Shown here: one piece after another, positions 21,236 through 64,000 of the stretch
How positions within the stretch are numbered: the first letter of the stretch is position 1
Layout of the letters: every line of letters starts with the position of its first letter
Origin: Macrostomum lignano
Lineage: Eukaryota
Length of the DNA: 64,000 nt
NCBI GenBank assembly: GCA_002269645.1
Contig: NIVC01001171.1
Coordinates: forward strand, 83,604-147,603
Direction: 5' to 3'
Translations under genes and position numbers: made by a program
The notes under the pieces: generated by a model
Told to the model about the DNA's origin: nothing
Database searches by the model: none
What the model saw: only the letters and a program-made list of their open reading frames with translations

Positions 21236-22648
21236 TCAGCCGCGACGGCTGGCCAGGATCCAGATTGTGGCCACCAAGTTCAGCAGGCAGTAGATGACGA
21301 AGAACATTCTGTCCAGCACGATGCCCATGTACCGCCAGGTGTTGGCGAAGCCCGACCCGCCCTCCGGCGGCGGGTGACGGCACGCCGACTTATTCGCCAT
21401 CATTGTTGGCGCGGTCGGAATTGCCGCCTCCTCGGTTCCGGCGTCGCAGTCGAGATTCTCATCCTGTCCCTCGTCGTCCTTGGTGCCGTCGTTGTCTCCG
21501 TCTCCCTGATCGGCCCTCGCGCCGGACGTTGGACTGCGCGGATTCATGCGGAACGACAGCAGCTTGACGCGGCCATTGTGATGCGTGGCCCGGAAGCCGA
21601 CCAGCGGGCCCAGCCGGTAGCAGCAGGCCGTGAGCCAGGCTGGCGGGCAGAAGTCGTTCGGCTTCAAGCTGATATTGTAGGCCGCGATGACCATGAGTGT
21701 GCACAGGCCCACTAGGCAGACTGTCAGGCAGAAGTACACGCCTAGGACCGGCACGGCGTCGCCTGAGCGGGGTATGTTGTCGGCGATGAGCAGCAGGAAC
21801 ACCACCAGGGACAGCAGGATTGTGGTGGAGTAGGCGATCCGCTCGCCGCACTCGGTCGGCAAGAAGAAGGAGAACGCGGCCAGCCAGGCCAGCAGCATGC
21901 AGGGGAACAGCATGTAGGCCTGGTGGAACAGGTACTTGCGCCGCAGCCGCAGCTGGAACACCACCTCGGAGTAGATGGCTGGCTCGGCGCTCTCGTCAAC
22001 TCCGACTCAACTCGGGAAGCCGGTGACCTCCCATTCGCCGTTGCTGGCTGACTCGAACGCGTGATCGTTGGCATCGCCGGCCTTGCGGGTGAGCAGGAAG
22101 TTGCTGGTGTCCTTCGTCCAGCTGCTGAAGGTGATGTTGCAGCGCTGGCTGTCGTAGGGGAAGCGGCTGATGTCGATTCGGCAGAAGGACTTCAGCAGGG
22201 CCTGGGCGCCCAGTTTGACCCAGCCGTCGCTGCGCACCCGAGCCGTGGACTCGCCGTAGATGAACATGCCCTCCTCGAAGTTGCCGTGCAACGACTCGTA
22301 GAAGATGAGGTCCGGGTACCAGAGCTCCTCGGATTTGATGGCGAACTCGGTGACATTGTTGAATCCGGCCGGGTCCCACATCAGGCGGCAGTCTCGCCAG
22401 GTTGACTCAATCCACACGTCGACGCTGAGCATCTGGGTTGGCTCGTCCAGGTCGAACAGCTGGTAGAGCAGCATGTCCTGGCCGACCTCGAGTCGGTCGC
22501 CCTGCTTGCAGATCGGCATGGCATTGCTGTTGTATCCATCGAACAGGCTGGTCAGAAGGTCGTCGTAGATGGTCTTCGCGGCAACGGCCTTGGCATCGCA
22601 GGGCAGCAGCAAAAGTAGCAGCGGGAGGTGCAGCAGAATCCGAGGCAT
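21236..22648 (-). CDS. Intronless nicotinic acetylcholine receptor-type (Cys-loop, cation-selective) non-alpha subunit, interrupted by one in-frame TGA at 22007-22009 (null allele, young pseudogene or recoded)
   Basis: ATG 22648 with signal peptide; Cys-loop CRIDISRFPYDSQRC; WYPD; TM1-4 with GER before M2; the two track ORFs (22007-22690, 21236-21964) are in the same frame, joined by FPS*VGVDESAEPAIYSEV; no vicinal Cys-Cys. Confidence 0.9.
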
Positions 22649-23761
22649 TGTCAGAGAGATTGCGCCAGAATAAATCGGTGCAACTTTCAAGTTTAAAGCG
22701 GTGACCTGGGAATCTCGGGCAGCTGGGCAGGGCAGAAGGTTTCGGCAAGAATGGTGATTATTTATCAGTATTCCAGGCCGAGCGTTCTCTTAGCTTGCCG
22801 CCTGCTTGCGTCTTGCGATTCTGTCCAATCTGGGGCAGCGAAGCCGCTTGTTCCAGTTTCTAGACTTGTTTCCAAGCTAAAGTCGCGGCACACCAGCATC
22901 GGTTTTTAGGGCTGGCCTGGCTTCAGGCTTGCACGGACGCGCACTTTTTATTATCGACTCCCCCTCCCTCCCCTCCTCTTCCTCCGGCCCCTCAATGCTT
23001 GGCGACCTTGCTTGGCGTCAAATGGAGAGCAGGATTCGTCGGGAACAGAGAGAAAGAGAAAGATGTGGGGCCGGCACAAGGGGAGGCAGGGAGGTGCCGT
23101 ACGCAGCCTCCACCCAACCTGACACACTAGCTGCATCTATCTATCTGCTGCCTGTCCAAAGCGGCAAATCTCAAGCGCCATTAGTCTCTCTTCGACGCGT
23201 CGCTTTCTTTCTCTGTTCTCATGCGTCTTCTCCCCCTCTGTATCTCAAGTCCGTGTACTTGTACACCATCTAGTTTAGTCACTATAGCTGCTGTTGAACT
23301 GAGTACTGTAGAGGCTCGATAGACAACGGATCGGAGTTGGCCATTGTGCTGATATAATTTGGCTATTCATTTCTAGCTCCAACTTTCATGCTGTCCGGCT
23401 CTAGCAGTGGGTGGATAGGTAATCTATCTACCTATCTATAAGTAGTATTGTTATCTACTAACGGCTTGGCTCCGTTGTAGCTTCAGAGATATTTTCTGAG
23501 CAGAGTAGCCAAGGAGACCGCTAACGTAAATCTGGAGTTATCGGCCTCTTCCCCACTCACAAAGCTTCCACACAGCGGGGATAGGAGGGGAGTTTCAGCG
23601 ATATAAAAGTCTACTAATTTAACATAGAATTATTTTGCTCTGGTGAAACCAATTTTAAAAAGATTGGCCTTTAATTTCTTAGCTTCTCAACAGAGATTAG
23701 AAATTGAGAGAAATCGCGAATGAAAATGAGGTTGTTAACAGTAGCTTTTCCAGGTTTTGTT

Positions 23762-50631
<26,870 letters not shown>

Positions 50632-51341
50632 CAGCTGCTACGTGAGTCCGGAATTTCGTCCGATTTGGCAATCAAGTCAAAAAAGCTGCCTCGTTGCTTC
50701 TAAGACAAGAAAGAGTTTAGACAGAGTTTATTTTACTAATGCGCAACATTGCTTTCTCAGGCTTGACGGAGAGATGAAATACAACTTGGGGTGAGAGCGG
50801 GTGGGGCCGTTTCCGGCTGTGTGCACTCAAGTTCGAGATGGTGCACTGCATGCACACTGTACACCGAGCTCTCACCCTGTCCATCTGCCTCTCTTGCTCT
50901 CTCTCACCCTCTTCTTTCCCTCAGACTGGCTCGTACTGCGCCCCGCATCCATGTGAAACGTGAGTGCATTTCTGCGAGCAAATCTTTCTCGTTTCTACGC
51001 TCGCAAGAATAGATTTTTCCGCTCAAAAAGCAGAGAGAGAACAATAGGGAGGTAGGGCTTGAGTATATTTGTTTGAGTGGAGCTTTCCGTCATGGCCACT
51101 ATTAGCAAGGCCAGATAAAGTATGCTATTTCTCTATTCTTTTTCTTTGATTTTTTCAAAGGAAAATGCTATTTTCTTAATTATTCTGCTGGCAGTAGAGT
51201 ATTCAGCGCAGGATTTTTATTTCGAGAAAATGTTTTTAGATTCGAAAAATTGCGTAGTGAGCTTTCAAATATTTTTTTTGGTTTTCAACGGCGCCTTTTA
51301 ATAAAACAGGCTACCGGATTTTTTTTACTTATGAGACCACC

Positions 51342-51692
51342 GCCAGCCTCCCAGATCCCCAGTCGCTGGGCCAGCCTCCCAGATCCTCAGTTGCTGGGCC
51401 AGCCCCCCAGATCCTCAGTTGCTGGGCCAGCCTCCCAGATCCTCAGTTGCTGGGCCAGCCTCCCAGATCCTCAGTTGCTGTGCCAGCCCCCCAGATCCTC
51501 AGTTGCTGAGCCAGCCTCCCAGATCCTCAGTTGCTGGGCCAGCCTCCCAGATTCTCAGTTGCTGGGCCAGCCTCCCAGATCCTCAGTTGCTGGGCCAGCC
51601 TCCCAGATCCTCAGTTGCTGGGCCAGCCTCCCAGATCCTCAGTTGCTGGGCCAACCTCCCAGATCTTCAGTTGCTGGGCCAGCCTCCCAAAT
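51342..51692. repeat. 28-bp minisatellite (family B, array 2)
   Basis: Same unit and orientation as 13062-14062. Confidence 0.96.
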
Positions 51693-52873
51693 CTACCCAA
51701 AACCCGCTACTCAAGCTCTAAAGACTTGGCGCACTTCTTTTCCAGCTTCCACTACACAGACGCTGGCGCAGTAATAATGTGCCTCATCAGCTCAATTTTC
51801 GTCACCTGCCAAATCTATTACAAAAGAGCTAGCAGGCAAAATGCACTGAGCAGGGTGGGACGGAGACAGAGAGAAGAGAAAGAGTAGCAGCCAAAAACTC
51901 AGTCTCTCAGATCGGTTGCTGAAAGTCCAACCTCTCAGCTAACTGTTTGCCACTTCATCTGCTGCTCACTTGCCCACCCCAAACTCGCAGACTCTGTTCG
52001 CCCACCCCAAAATATAAACAGAAAAGTTTGCTTTGGATACCGCAGTGCAAGGGGGCTCATTTGTTTTTCTTTTCTTTCAAGCTGAGTTTCCAAGACTGAC
52101 GCAATTGCAAGCTGAATTTCTGCTATTTATTTATTATTTGAAGCTTCTTTTGCTGTTAGAAATCTTCAGGTCATGACTCTTATAATTGAGGAATACCGAC
52201 TGGGAACTGCTGGACCCCCTGGCTTCAAGACTCAGGAAAATTCTCTTCCAATTTATGGAGAGAGTGAGAGAGGGGGAGAGTAGATGTGATCATGAGGCTG
52301 AGCGCTGCTGGGGGGATTTGCGCCAGAGGCTGCTTCCTGTGTGGCGCTTCGTCCAGTTCATCTTTTAAAAAAATCCGCTTTCCCAAACCAGCTTCTTTTC
52401 TTGAGTTGATGGAGAGAGAAAGAGAGTGTGCTGGAATAGTGCACTTGAAGCGGGTTGGCAAGGTGGATGGGTTGGGGCTGGGGCAGGCCTGAGCACTAAG
52501 ATTTGAGCACACACAGTAACTAACACACAGCGCATTATTTAGGCAGCAATGACGCACACTGTTACAATATATTGGCAACTTATTCATTGTACGACCCTAC
52601 CCTAATACGACTGCGCTCTTTAAGCCTTCCATCTTCTCATCTCTCCCCCCCCACGCTGCTTGTGTGCCTGGCAACGGGGGGTAAACAGAAAATTAGACAG
52701 AGTCTCAAGCGGCGAAAGAGTTGATAAACAGACTCGCCTGCTCGCAGCGGCAACAGCCAAGTGGCAACAGTTTTTCAGCGCTTGTTTTTGCCAATACTCT
52801 GTGTTGTTTTTCTACATTGCAATCGTTGAACCCGATTCAAAAATCGATATTGAAGTCTGAGTGCACCGGCAAC

Positions 52874-64000
<11,127 letters not shown>

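Noticed and set aside
21374-22748. Antisense and alternate-frame ORFs over the nAChR; similar ones over ITPR and cadherin exons
   Set aside because: Expected shadow ORFs of GC3-rich coding sequence.

Overview
Eukaryotic (animal) genomic DNA. Exons are GC3-rich, introns have GT-AG ends, and almost every intron or intergenic gap holds its own mini- or microsatellite. That architecture suggests a Macrostomum-like free-living flatworm (inference, not verified). Gene models were built by eye from splice phases. (1) A two-exon front-end fatty acid desaturase (275-2037, +). (2) An orphan 138-aa ORF (6900-7316, +). (3) Two tandem paralogous single-pass membrane proteins sharing a CYCSC motif and a divergent LDLa-like module (9997-11100 and 12561-14589, +). 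(4) An intronless nicotinic-type Cys-loop receptor subunit broken by one in-frame TGA (22648-21236, -), with a TSD-flanked MITE just downstream. (5) A full-length, ~2770-aa, ~31-exon IP3-receptor-like channel (50631 to ~23762, -) that lacks the canonical GGGVGD selectivity filter. (6) The 5' part of a giant cadherin (52874 to window end, +), head-to-head with the IP3R-like gene. There are two tRNA-derived SINE families, one of them CORE-like. The most interesting signals are the non-canonical IP3R pore, the nAChR in-frame stop, the paralog pair, and direct snapshots of repeat birth and spread: a minisatellite amplified from a splice donor, one amplified inside a SINE, and satellites shared between distant loci. 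Most long ORFs in the track are translation artefacts of tandem repeats.
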